Of a stretch of 64,000 nucleotides of DNA, positions 19,335-28,388 are shown in pieces. Below the pieces are notes generated by a model. That model did not search any database. It was not told where the DNA came from and saw only the letters and a program-made list of their open reading frames with translations. How positions within the stretch are numbered: position 1 is the stretch's first letter; every line of letters starts with the position of its first letter. This stretch comes from an uncultured Lachnospiraceae bacterium (GTDB lineage Bacteria > Bacillota > Clostridia > Lachnospirales > Lachnospiraceae): contig CANREE010000002.1 in the NCBI GenBank assembly GCA_947629545.1, positions 5,084 through 69,083 of the forward strand, written 5' to 3'. The translations under genes were made by a program, and so were the position numbers.

Positions 19335-22300
19335 GACCTGAGAAAGAACGAACAGAGGTGGAACGCAGGCTGCTGGGCCTGATCAAGACTTATGGCGCCG
19401 ATGGGAAAGCGATTCTTGGTGCGAATCCCAAACTGGAATATCTATATGCGCTTTCTCCCCAGCGGGAGAATCTGCTGGAGTGGTATCCGTTCCGCGCGGA
19501 AGGGACGCTTCTGCAGGTGGGGTCGGACTTCGGCGCCCTGACAGGGTTATATGCACGGAAGGTGTCCCGGGTGGATGTGCTTGATCCATCCTGGGCCAAT
19601 CTGGAAATTAACCGTTTGCGCCATGCGCAGCAGGACGGCTGTCAGAATATCAATTATGTACAGGGGACGCTTTCGGAGTATCTGTCACAGGCAAAGGAAC
19701 GATATGATTACATCCTGATCATCGGTGATCTGGAGCAGGATGAGTTAAGTGAGGAAGAGAGCGCGGCGCAGATCGGGGCGGCGAAGGAGCTTCTGAAGCC
19801 GGACGGAGAGTTGATTGCCGCAGTCAGCAATCCTCTGGGCATCAAATACTGGGCCGGAGCGGCGAAAGACAGCCATAGTCTGTCAAAGGATTCTCTGATA
19901 AAATGGCTGACGGATGGCAAAGATGCCGGCAGCCTGGAATTCTATTACCCGATGCCGGATTATAAACTGCCTGTGAATATTTATTCGGATGCATACCTGC
20001 CGAGGGAGGGGGATCTGACCGATACGGTTGCGGCCTATGACTTCCCGGACTATCCGTTTTTTGATATGGGAGCGGCTTACGATCAGGTTGTGCGGGAAGG
20101 CAAGTTCGACCAGTATGCAAATTCCTATCTGGCGATCTGGCGGCGGGGCGCAGGACGGCAGGTTCAGCAGGATGGCCCGCAGTATATGAAATACAACCGC
20201 ACCCGGCGCGAAGAATTTCAACTGAAAACTGTGATATGCGGCGCAGCCGGCCGGGACGGCGGATCCGGTACGCCGGATACTTCCCGGCGGGTGATAAAGA
20301 GCGCTATGACCGGGGAAGGAAAGGCACATATCAGTCATTTCACAGCACAGTATGAAGTGCTGGCTTCCCAGAGTAAATTTCTGAATTATCTGCGGGGAGA
20401 GACGAGTGCGGCCGGCAGTGCGGTTACATTTCCGTACCTGACGGGACGGAAGCTTTCGGCACGGCTGACCGACGAGATTGTAAACGGCCAGCCGCCGGCC
20501 GAACTGATCCGGCAGACGGTCGATGTGCTGCTGGCGGCGGAACCGGGGGATATTGAGCCCTTCTCGCCGACGGACGGCTTTGCCGTTGTATTTGGTGAGA
20601 AGGAGATGGAAACGCTGGCGGGAAGTTCTGCAGCCTGTTTGCGTGTCTCGAATATTGACCTTCTGTTTGAGAATGTCATGCTGACCGACGACGGCAACTA
20701 CTGTCTGGATTACGAGTGGGTCTTCGACTTCCCGGTACCCATCGATTATATCCGTTATCGGATCCTGTTCTATGCCTATCGGCAGTTTAAGAGTCTGCTG
20801 GACGGCTGGGGAACTCTGGAGGAGTGGCTGGGACAGTTCGGTATCACGCCGGAGGCCGGGGCGCTCTACGATTCCATGGAGCGGAATTTCCAGTATTATG
20901 TCCATGGCGAGAATCAGGTCCTCTATCTGGAGAACTATCTGGTGAAGCCCCGTTCTGCGAAGGGGTTTGCGGAGATGGATGGAGAACTGCGCCGTCTGGA
21001 GGCGGAACTGGCGCGGTCGAAGGAAAATGAAGACCGCCTGAAGGCGCAGGTTCACGATCAGGGCGCCGCGATCCGCAAGATGACGGAGGTCAAGCGGCTG
21101 ACGGACAATCATGTGACGAATCTGGAGATCATGATTAAGGATCTGCGTCATGAGATCGATGAGATGGGAAAGACGCTGACCTATCTGAACGGTCATGAGG
21201 CGTTCATTTTCAAAATTCGCCGCAGGCTGGGCGAAAAATTTAACGCGAAATATCCAAAGGGCTCGCTGCAGAGGAAGCGTCTCCGCTATCGAAAGGAGTA
21301 TCTGACGCATCCGATCCGCTCTTTCAGATTTTATCGGACCGAGGAGGGCCGGAACCTGCGGAACGGCGATTTTGAGATCGGCGATTTGTACCGTGAACAC
21401 CGAAAGCTGGTCTTTGCAAAGACTGAGCAGCCGGAAGTATCCGTTATCATCCCTTGCTATAATCAGATTGCCTATACCTATGCCTGTCTGGTCTCTATCC
21501 TGGAGCATACGAAGGATGTGCCCTATGAGGTTATTATCGCCGATGACGTATCTACAGACGCTACAGCGCATATAGAGCGCTATGTGGAAGGCGTGACTGT
21601 CAGCCGGAACACGGTGAATCAGGGTTTTCTTAAGAACTGCAATCAGGCGGCCGGGAAGGCCCGGGGCCGTTACATCATGTTCCTGAATAATGATACGCAG
21701 GTCACGGAAGGCTGGCTGTCCTCGCTTGTGAACCTGATCTGTTCCGACGGGACGATCGGCATGGTCGGATCCAAACTGGTTTATCCCGACGGGCGTCTGC
21801 AGGAAGCGGGAGGTATTATCTGGAGCGATGGCTCGGGCTGGAATTATGGCCGGCTGGATGATCCGGACAAGCCTCAGTACAATTACGTGAAAGATGTGGA
21901 TTATATTTCCGGCGCGGCGATCCTTTTGCGGAAAGACCTGTGGGAGCGTCTGGGAGGTTTCGACGAGCGCTACGCCCCGGCCTACTGCGAAGATTCGGAT
22001 CTGGCCTTCGGGGTGAGGAAGGCCGGTTACCGGGTGGTATACCAGCCCTTATCCAGGGTGGTCCATTACGAAGGTATTTCCAATGGAACTGACGTGCAGG
22101 GCAGCGGCATGAAACATTATCAGCTGGAGAATACGGAGAAATTCCGGGAGAAATGGGAAGCTGAACTGAAACATCAATGCGAGAACACCGGCAATCCTGA
22201 TCCGTTCCGCGCCCGCGAACGCAGCATGGGCAGGCCGATCATTCTGGTGATCGATCATTATGTGCCGACGTTCGACAAGGATGCCGGTTCCAAAACGACG

Positions 22301-23374
22301 TTCCAGTATCTGAAAATGTTTTTGCGGCAGGGTTACACAGTCAAATTTCTGGGGGATAACTTTGCCCATGAGGAACCGTATTCCACGGCGTTGGAGCAGA
22401 TGGGCATTGAAATTCTTTCCGGCGCAGAGTATGAGGCGGGCATCTGGGAATGGCTTTCCGCTCATGGCCGGGATATTGCCGTCGCATACCTGAACCGCCC
22501 GCATATCGCTATCAAGTATGTGGATTATCTGCGGGAAAATACAGATATGAAACTGATCTATTACGGCCATGACCTGCATTATCTGCGAGAGGCCCGCGAG
22601 TATGCGCTGACGATGGATCCGGACCGCCGCCGCGCTGCCGATTACTGGAAAGGGATCGAGCTGTCACTGTTCTATAAAGTGGATATGTCTTATTATCCGT
22701 CCTGTGTGGAGCGGGACGCCGTCCGTGAGGAGGATGCAAATATCCCTGTAAAGGATATTGTGGCCTATGTATATGAAGAGTTTCGTGACAACATTCCGGA
22801 AGATTTCATGGAAAGGGAAGGAATCCTGTTTGTGGGCGGTTTCGCGCATCCGCCGAATGCAGACGCGGTGCTGTGGTTCGTGAGGGAAGTCTATCCGCTG
22901 ATTGGAGAGCGCTTCCGTGAAGCCGGCGCCGAACCGCCGAAATTCTATGTTGCAGGTTCTCGGGTAACTGACGAGATCAGGAGTTTAGAACAGACGCATC
23001 CGGGCGTAGTGGTCAAAGGCTTTGTCAGTGATGAGGAATTGGTGCGGCTTTATGACACTACCAGACTGGTGGTTGTGCCGCTGCGCTACGGCGCAGGCGT
23101 GAAGGGTAAGGTCGTTGAGGCGCTTTATAATGGAGCTGCCGTTGTGACCACTTCTATCGGTGCAGAGGGTATTCCGCAGGCGGAGGATGTAATGGTGATC
23201 GCTGATCAGGCGGAGGCGTTTGCAGAGGCGGTGTCCGGAATCTATCAGGATCCGGAGGCCTGCCGGGCGCTGAGCGAAAGAAGTCAGAAGCATGTGCGGC
23301 AGTATTACAGCATGGAGGCGGCCTGGGATGTGATCAGGGAAGACTTTCCGCAGCAGCAAAGCCCGCAGGCATAA
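19331..23374 (+). CDS. Multidomain glycan enzyme: SAM methyltransferase-like + kinase-like + coiled coil + GT2 + GT4 (GT-B)
   Basis: LQVGSDFGALT (degenerate SAM motif I); NIDLLFENV..LDYEW kinase-like; heptad segment ELRRLEAELARSKE..; VIIPCYN/DDVSTD/LNNDT/YCEDSDL GT2; FVGGFAHPPNADA/PLRYGAGVKGKVVEAL GT4. Confidence 0.85.
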   Translation: MRPEKERTEVERRLLGLIKTYGADGKAILGANPKLEYLYALSPQRENLLEWYPFRAEGTLLQVGSDFGALTGLYARKVSRVDVLDPSWANLEINRLRHAQQDGCQNINYVQGTLSEYLSQAKERYDYILIIGDLEQDELSEEESAAQIGAAKELLKPDGELIAAVSNPLGIKYWAGAAKDSHSLSKDSLIKWLTDGKDAGSLEFYYPMPDYKLPVNIYSDAYLPREGDLTDTVAAYDFPDYPFFDMGAAYDQVVREGKFDQYANSYLAIWRRGAGRQVQQDGPQYMKYNRTRREEFQLKTVICGAAGRDGGSGTPDTSRRVIKSAMTGEGKAHISHFTAQYEVLASQSKFLNYLRGETSAAGSAVTFPYLTGRKLSARLTDEIVNGQPPAELIRQTVDVLLAAEPGDIEPFSPTDGFAVVFGEKEMETLAGSSAACLRVSNIDLLFENVMLTDDGNYCLDYEWVFDFPVPIDYIRYRILFYAYRQFKSLLDGWGTLEEWLGQFGITPEAGALYDSMERNFQYYVHGENQVLYLENYLVKPRSAKGFAEMDGELRRLEAELARSKENEDRLKAQVHDQGAAIRKMTEVKRLTDNHVTNLEIMIKDLRHEIDEMGKTLTYLNGHEAFIFKIRRRLGEKFNAKYPKGSLQRKRLRYRKEYLTHPIRSFRFYRTEEGRNLRNGDFEIGDLYREHRKLVFAKTEQPEVSVIIPCYNQIAYTYACLVSILEHTKDVPYEVIIADDVSTDATAHIERYVEGVTVSRNTVNQGFLKNCNQAAGKARGRYIMFLNNDTQVTEGWLSSLVNLICSDGTIGMVGSKLVYPDGRLQEAGGIIWSDGSGWNYGRLDDPDKPQYNYVKDVDYISGAAILLRKDLWERLGGFDERYAPAYCEDSDLAFGVRKAGYRVVYQPLSRVVHYEGISNGTDVQGSGMKHYQLENTEKFREKWEAELKHQCENTGNPDPFRARERSMGRPIILVIDHYVPTFDKDAGSKTTFQYLKMFLRQGYTVKFLGDNFAHEEPYSTALEQMGIEILSGAEYEAGIWEWLSAHGRDIAVAYLNRPHIAIKYVDYLRENTDMKLIYYGHDLHYLREAREYALTMDPDRRRAADYWKGIELSLFYKVDMSYYPSCVERDAVREEDANIPVKDIVAYVYEEFRDNIPEDFMEREGILFVGGFAHPPNADAVLWFVREVYPLIGERFREAGAEPPKFYVAGSRVTDEIRSLEQTHPGVVVKGFVSDEELVRLYDTTRLVVVPLRYGAGVKGKVVEALYNGAAVVTTSIGAEGIPQAEDVMVIADQAEAFAEAVSGIYQDPEACRALSERSQKHVRQYYSMEAAWDVIREDFPQQQSPQA

Positions 23375-23435
23375 AATTGCGTTTTGTCGGGCGACGCACT
23401 CTGAAGACGCGCTATTTACGGGAAAGGGGAAGAAT

Positions 23436-24500
23436 ATGAAATTCAGGATACTTGCAGTTACCGTCTTTGCGGCGGGTATGGCTTTGGCGTCGGCAACCGC
23501 CGCGCCGGCGGCTTCGCCGGGACCGCTCGGACCCGTATCGGTTGTTGGGGAGGGACCGTTAGCTGTCCCGAACGAATTGCCCGGGCCAGCCGGCGCAACG
23601 ACTCAGAGCGTGACCGGGTCCGGCCCCATAGGACCGGCCGGATCTCCGGTGGAGTCCACACCCGTTACCGGACAGGAAGCGCCGATGTTTGACGGCGGCA
23701 GTCTGACCATGCTGTACGGACGGACCGGAGCCCAGATGCTGAGCGTTCTCCTTCAGTCGAAGGAAGGCGGTCTTGTGGTGGTAGACGGCGGCTGGGAAGG
23801 TGACGCGGATACGCTTCTGGATGCGATCAGGGCGCGGGGCGGACGCGTTCATGCGTGGCTGATCACACATCCGGATTTTGATCATGCCGGAGCTTTGTAC
23901 AATATCATTGACCGTCAGGATCCGGGAATTGTAATCGATCATATTTACGCCTGTCTTACGGATACCGGCTGGTACTATCAGGTGGCTCCGGACGGCGCGC
24001 CGTTTGTTGATATGTTCCGTCAGAGGCTTGCACGTCTGCCGGAGGGAACTGTCAGCGAATATCTGCCGGCTAATCTTCTGATCTCTTCCCCGGGGATCGG
24101 TATAAAGGTACTTAACAATGCGATTTTCGGCGCTGATGATGCGGTCAATAACAGTTCGGTCGTGTACCGCGTTACAATGAACGGCATCAGAATCCTTTTT
24201 CTGGGCGATCTGGCCCGATACGGCGGGAGCCGGCTGCTGCAGGACGTCCCGCCGGAAGAGCTTCGTGCAGATATTGTCCAGATGGCCCATCATGGTCAGA
24301 ATGGCGTAGAGGAAGATGTCTACCGGGCGATCGGCGCGTCGGTCTGTCTCTGGCCGACGCCTCAGTGGCTTTGGGATAATGACGGCGGAAGCGGCACGGG
24401 CAGCGGTTCCTGGAGGACGCTTGAGACCCGCGCCTGGATCCGAAAACTCGGAATAACCCGGAACTATGTAATGAAAGACGGGGATATCATCCTCAGATAA
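23436..24500 (+). CDS. Secreted metallo-beta-lactamase-fold hydrolase (ComEC/Pce-like)
   Basis: Signal peptide; VVDGG, ITHPDFDHAG, NNSSVV, LFLGD, QMAHHG. Confidence 0.82.
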   Translation: MKFRILAVTVFAAGMALASATAAPAASPGPLGPVSVVGEGPLAVPNELPGPAGATTQSVTGSGPIGPAGSPVESTPVTGQEAPMFDGGSLTMLYGRTGAQMLSVLLQSKEGGLVVVDGGWEGDADTLLDAIRARGGRVHAWLITHPDFDHAGALYNIIDRQDPGIVIDHIYACLTDTGWYYQVAPDGAPFVDMFRQRLARLPEGTVSEYLPANLLISSPGIGIKVLNNAIFGADDAVNNSSVVYRVTMNGIRILFLGDLARYGGSRLLQDVPPEELRADIVQMAHHGQNGVEEDVYRAIGASVCLWPTPQWLWDNDGGSGTGSGSWRTLETRAWIRKLGITRNYVMKDGDIILR

Positions 24501-24542
24501 AAGTACCGGAATTCATGTAGCCGGCGGAGGAAAACAGGAGCT

Positions 24543-24572
24543 GTCATAACTCCCCCCGCCCCCTCATAGAAT
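24543..24572 (+). promoter_or_regulatory. SigE-type promoter of spoIIID
   Basis: GTCATAAC-14 bp-CATAGAAT matches the sigma-E consensus; spoIIID is a known sigma-E target. Confidence 0.7.
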
Positions 24573-24597
24573 GTAAAAAACATTCTCGGGGGACACC

Positions 24598-24873
24598 TTG
24601 AAGGATTATATCGAAGAACGTGCGGTGGACATCGCCAATTACATCATAAACCACAACGCGACGGTGAGGCAGACGGCGAAGAAGTTCGGAATTTCCAAGT
24701 CCACGGTACACAAGGACGTCACGGAGAGACTTGAGCACATCAATCCGTCTCTGGCTGCCGCCGCCCGCATCGTGTTGGATGTGAACAAGTCTGAGCGCCA
24801 TATACGCGGTGGATTGGCGACGCGGGAGAAGTACCAGCATCGCCTTCAGATGTGCAGCAAGGAAGATGCATGA
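24598..24873 (+). CDS. spoIIID: Sporulation transcription regulator SpoIIID
   Basis: KDYIEERA..ATVRQTAKKFGISKSTVHKDVTERL..NKSERHIRGGLATREKY; TTG start. Confidence 0.96.
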   Translation: MKDYIEERAVDIANYIINHNATVRQTAKKFGISKSTVHKDVTERLEHINPSLAAAARIVLDVNKSERHIRGGLATREKYQHRLQMCSKEDA

Positions 24874-24886
24874 AGTCATTGGCAGG

Positions 24887-24919
24887 AAAGTGACCGGAGG
24901 ATGCAACTCCGGTCACTTT
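24887..24919 (+). terminator. Intrinsic terminator after spoIIID
   Basis: AAAGTGACCGGAG-GATGCAA-CTCCGGTCACTTT. Confidence 0.8.
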
Positions 24920-25018
24920 GTGCGTGAATAACTGGCTTGCAGGCGCTGTAATCGGTTCATATTATCCCGGTACTACGGCATATGATGGTAGAAATCGGAT
25001 CATTGAGGTTGGGATGCT

Positions 25019-25471
25019 ATGGACATGGCAGATAGAAATGAGGCGTATCGTGGCAGCAGGCGCGGCAGTCTCAGGCTTTGGATGTTCCTCTTTCTGCTTC
25101 CGGCGCTGCTCCTTGGCGCCTGTACGCTGGATAAAACAGATGACGAGAAGGTGCGCGATCTGGAATTTACGGTGATCGGCGAGAAGGACGCCCCGCAGGA
25201 ACTGCAGGAAATTCTTGCAGAGAAGAAGACACAGCCGTTCAAGATGACTTACAGTGATGACAGCAGTCTGTACATTGTCGTGGGGTATGGGCCCCAGAGT
25301 ACCGGCGGCTACAGCATTACGGTAGAAGAACTGTATCTGACGGAGAATACCATTTACATTGATACGGAGCTGAAAGGACCGGCCAGGGGCGAGACAGCGG
25401 CACCGGAGACGTCATACCCGCTGGTGATCGTGAAGACGGAGTATCTGGAAGAGCCGGTAGTGTTTGACTGA
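25019..25471 (+). CDS. Lipoprotein, PrcB C-terminal domain family
   Basis: Lipobox LLLGAC; LYIVVGYGPQSTGGYSITV, SYPLVIVKTE. Confidence 0.8.
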   Translation: MDMADRNEAYRGSRRGSLRLWMFLFLLPALLLGACTLDKTDDEKVRDLEFTVIGEKDAPQELQEILAEKKTQPFKMTYSDDSSLYIVVGYGPQSTGGYSITVEELYLTENTIYIDTELKGPARGETAAPETSYPLVIVKTEYLEEPVVFD

Positions 25472-25682
25472 AGCGATGTCAGCGCGGTGGAGGGAAGTTG
25501 TGTGACAGCGTCTGCCTGCTGTTGTCGGCAGCCGTCCATAGGTTTCTCAGGCAGGTACTTGTCAAGCCGCCTGTGAATATGCTATACTAAGGAAACGCGC
25601 GGATGTGCGGCCGTTCCCGGATATCCCGGGAGATCAAAGCACGTTACAGAAAATACGCGCGCAGATAACAGAGGGATTGGAT

Positions 25683-26342
25683 ATGATTTTTAAGGATATT
25701 TGGCTGGATATTAAGGCGGTGCAGGAGCGCGATCCGGCGGCGCGAAGCGCCCTTGAGGTGCTTTTGCTGTACCAGGGGATCCATGCATTGATCTGGCATC
25801 GGTTTGCTCACTGGTTTTATAAGCATCATCTGTATTTTATTGCCAGACTGATCTCGCAGATCGCCCGTTTCTTTACGTTGATCGAGATCCATCCGGGCGC
25901 GCAGCTGGGCCATGGGATTTTGATCGATCATGGCTGCGGCGTCGTGATCGGTGAGACCGCGGTGGTGGGAGATAACTGCACGATCTATCAGGGTGTTACC
26001 CTGGGCGGCGTGGGGACCCAGAAGGGCAAGCGTCACCCGACGCTGGGCAATAATGTCACCGTAGGTGCCGGGGCTAAGATCTTAGGCTCTTTCGAAGTAG
26101 GTGACAACTGCATGATCGCGGCGAATGCAGTACTCCTGAAGCCTCTTGAGAGCAATGTGACGGCAGTAGGCATCCCGGCACGCCCGGTGAAGAAAGACGG
26201 CGTGCGTCTGCCGTCCGTTCAGACGGGGGCGGTCTCCGCGGAGCGCTGCTGTCGGATGGAGGAACGTCTGAAGGAACTGGAAATCCAGGTAGAGGAGCTG
26301 AAGGCACAGTTAAAGCAGGCAGAAGAAAGAAATGAAACATGA
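25683..26342 (+). CDS. cysE: Serine O-acetyltransferase (start moved from 25605)
   Basis: RDPAARS, IEIHPGA, IDHGCGVVIGETA, QGVTLGG, KRHPTLG, VGIPAR; promoter TTGTCA-18-TATACT at 25559-25588. Confidence 0.93.
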   Translation: MIFKDIWLDIKAVQERDPAARSALEVLLLYQGIHALIWHRFAHWFYKHHLYFIARLISQIARFFTLIEIHPGAQLGHGILIDHGCGVVIGETAVVGDNCTIYQGVTLGGVGTQKGKRHPTLGNNVTVGAGAKILGSFEVGDNCMIAANAVLLKPLESNVTAVGIPARPVKKDGVRLPSVQTGAVSAERCCRMEERLKELEIQVEELKAQLKQAEERNET

Positions 26343-26429
26343 GGAAAATAACAGATCAGGCGTCTGACCCCCTGGGGCCGGACGCCTTACCTGATTCCGC
26401 GGCGGTGCCCGGATATGAGGATCTCATTT

Positions 26430-27284
26430 TTACCAGGTAATCAATTGATCCAGAAGTTCCTGCTGTTCCTTGCTGGTTTTTGTCAGGTAGATCCGCGTGG
26501 TTTCGATATTTTCGTGTCCCAGCAGATCGGCCAGCAGGGAAATATCGTTGAACTTCGCCAGAAAATTGATGGCGAAACGGTGGCGGAAGGAATGGGGGTA
26601 GACGGTCTTTTCGTCAATTCCATACCGCCGGGCATAATGCTTCAACTGCCAGCGAATGCCGCGGGGGGAGATCGGCTGCCCCTGACGGTTGACGAAGAGA
26701 AAGCCGCTTTTTTGTTCTTTGCTCCTGCACCAGGCCAGAGCTTCAGCGGCCAGGGCGTCCGGAAAATAGATGCGCCGCAGCTTACCGCCTTTGGAATAAA
26801 GATCCAGGTAACCAAGCGACAGATGTTCAACTTTGATCTGCGTCAGTTCGCTGATTCTGGCGCCCGTAGCGCCCAGAAAACGCACAACGAAATACCACAT
26901 GGTTTTCTTTTCTTTTTTCAGCCGCCGTTTCATGTATTCATAGTCTTTATTGGAGATAACGGCATCGGAGAAGGATTGTTTCTGGAGTTTGACAGACATC
27001 AGGTGAAAGCCTTTTAGCGGCAGCCACATATCACTGTCGTATTCTATCAGGAATCGTACGAAGCGGTTCATCGCATGGACGCGAAGATTCACTGTAGCAG
27101 GCCGGCAGTCTTTGATCAGCTGGCCGCGGAAACGGCTCAGATTCTCAATGCTCATGACAGGATACATAGAATAAAAAAGACGCGCGCTGCCGACATAGGC
27201 AGCGATCGTGTTTGGGGATAGATTATTTTTTTTCAGATGTTCTTCGAAGGCCGTAAGCAGTTCTTTCTGTGCGGTTGTTATCAT
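26430..27284 (-). CDS. Tyrosine recombinase/integrase (copy B)
   Basis: Intact R-K-HxxR-H-Y catalytic set: TGARISEL, SKGGK, PHSFRH, LLGHE, TTRIY; N-terminal SAM-like core-binding domain. Confidence 0.93.
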   Translation of the reverse strand: MITTAQKELLTAFEEHLKKNNLSPNTIAAYVGSARLFYSMYPVMSIENLSRFRGQLIKDCRPATVNLRVHAMNRFVRFLIEYDSDMWLPLKGFHLMSVKLQKQSFSDAVISNKDYEYMKRRLKKEKKTMWYFVVRFLGATGARISELTQIKVEHLSLGYLDLYSKGGKLRRIYFPDALAAEALAWCRSKEQKSGFLFVNRQGQPISPRGIRWQLKHYARRYGIDEKTVYPHSFRHRFAINFLAKFNDISLLADLLGHENIETTRIYLTKTSKEQQELLDQLITW

Positions 27285-27288
27285 AGTA

Positions 27289-28170
27289 TCACCATTTTAC
27301 GATCTGATTGACAAGCTGTTTTTGTTCGGAGGAGCTTCGATGCAGGTAGATCCGTGTAGTCTCAATATTCTCATGTCCTAAAAGGTCGGAGAGCATGGAC
27401 AGATCCCCACAGGTTTCAATAAAGCTTTTGGCAAACAGGTGGCGGAAGGAGTGTGGGTGCAGGACCGCTGCGTCCAGACCGTAGCGTTCCTCAAATTTAC
27501 GCAGCTGCCAGCGGATGCCGGAGGGGGTCAGGGGATCGCCGAAACGGTTCAGGAAGACAAAGCCGCTGCGTCGTTTTTCATTGGAAAGCCAGGTGAGACA
27601 CTCGCTGCGCACCCGGATGGGAATGTAGACGCGGCGTGATTTATTTCCCTTGGAATAGACGTCCATATATCCGAGGCGTACATTTTCGATCCGCAAATGT
27701 ACCAGTTCGCTGACCCGCAGGCCGGTGGTGGCCATGATGCGGATGATGAAATAATAGAGACGGTCTCCGTCGCGCAGAAGGCACTGTTTCAGATATTCGT
27801 AATCCGCCTGACTGATGACATTTTCCAGAAATGATTTCTGCTGAATGTGGATCATGGTCATATGAAGGCCTGTCAGCTGCATGCATTCCAGAAAACAGTT
27901 GACGGAGCGAATACGCAGATTAACGGTTTGGGGCCTGTAATGCTCCAAAAGGTAACATTTGTAGAGTTTCAGATTATCATAGCTGATGGATTTGTAAAGC
28001 GACAGAAATTGACCGGCGCCGTGCAGGTAGGATTTGACTGTACTGTCGGCCAGCTGTCTGCGAACCAGATATTCCCGGAAATCAGCGAGCATCCGGTCGC
28101 GGGCGGAGGCGTCCGATGGATCTTCGGAGTTTATTCGAAAAGCTTCTGTACTTTTCGGCTCTTGTGCCAT
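27289..28170 (-). CDS. Tyrosine recombinase/integrase (copy A; start moved from 28236)
   Basis: TGLRVSEL, SKGNK, PHSFRH, LLGHE, TTRIY; AAAGGA RBS; 4 bp from copy B. Confidence 0.93.
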   Translation of the reverse strand: MAQEPKSTEAFRINSEDPSDASARDRMLADFREYLVRRQLADSTVKSYLHGAGQFLSLYKSISYDNLKLYKCYLLEHYRPQTVNLRIRSVNCFLECMQLTGLHMTMIHIQQKSFLENVISQADYEYLKQCLLRDGDRLYYFIIRIMATTGLRVSELVHLRIENVRLGYMDVYSKGNKSRRVYIPIRVRSECLTWLSNEKRRSGFVFLNRFGDPLTPSGIRWQLRKFEERYGLDAAVLHPHSFRHLFAKSFIETCGDLSMLSDLLGHENIETTRIYLHRSSSEQKQLVNQIVKW

Positions 28171-28207
28171 AAAATCACGTCCTTTTGCGATAAAATGTGT
28201 ATTTTTT

Positions 28208-28236
28208 AGTTTATCCATATAAAATATGAAAATCAA
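28208..28236 (-). promoter_or_regulatory. SigA-like promoter of the recombinase pair
   Basis: TTGATT-17 bp-TAAACT on the minus strand. Confidence 0.55.
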
Positions 28237-28254
28237 GGTAAATGATGGATTTCT

Positions 28255-28281
28255 TGTCGAAATTTGTCGAATTTTGTCGAG
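28255..28281. promoter_or_regulatory. Three phased Spo0A-box-like heptamers
   Basis: TGTCGAA, TGTCGAA, TGTCGAG at exact 10-bp period; 0A consensus is TGNCGAA. Confidence 0.6.
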
Positions 28282-28322
28282 ATTTTATGGACATCCGGGT
28301 ATACGCTGACAGACAGTCGACA

Positions 28323-28352
28323 GTCATAAGAGCCGACAGGGGCTCATACATT
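28323..28352 (+). promoter_or_regulatory. SigE-type promoter of the SPOCS/LysM gene
   Basis: GTCATAAG-14 bp-CATACATT. Confidence 0.7.
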
Positions 28353-28388
28353 GATAAAAAACAGATCAAAGGATGGGTGGTGCGGATT

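Noticed and set aside
23436-24500. MBL-fold protein as a beta-lactamase resistance gene
   Set aside because: THPDFDH / FLGD / AHHG motifs fit ComEC/Pce-type hydrolases rather than class B beta-lactamases
26430-28236. Prophage, ICE, integron or XerCD/dif locus
   Set aside because: No phage, conjugation or cassette (attC) features, no integron-integrase extra domain, and no dif-like 28-mer seen
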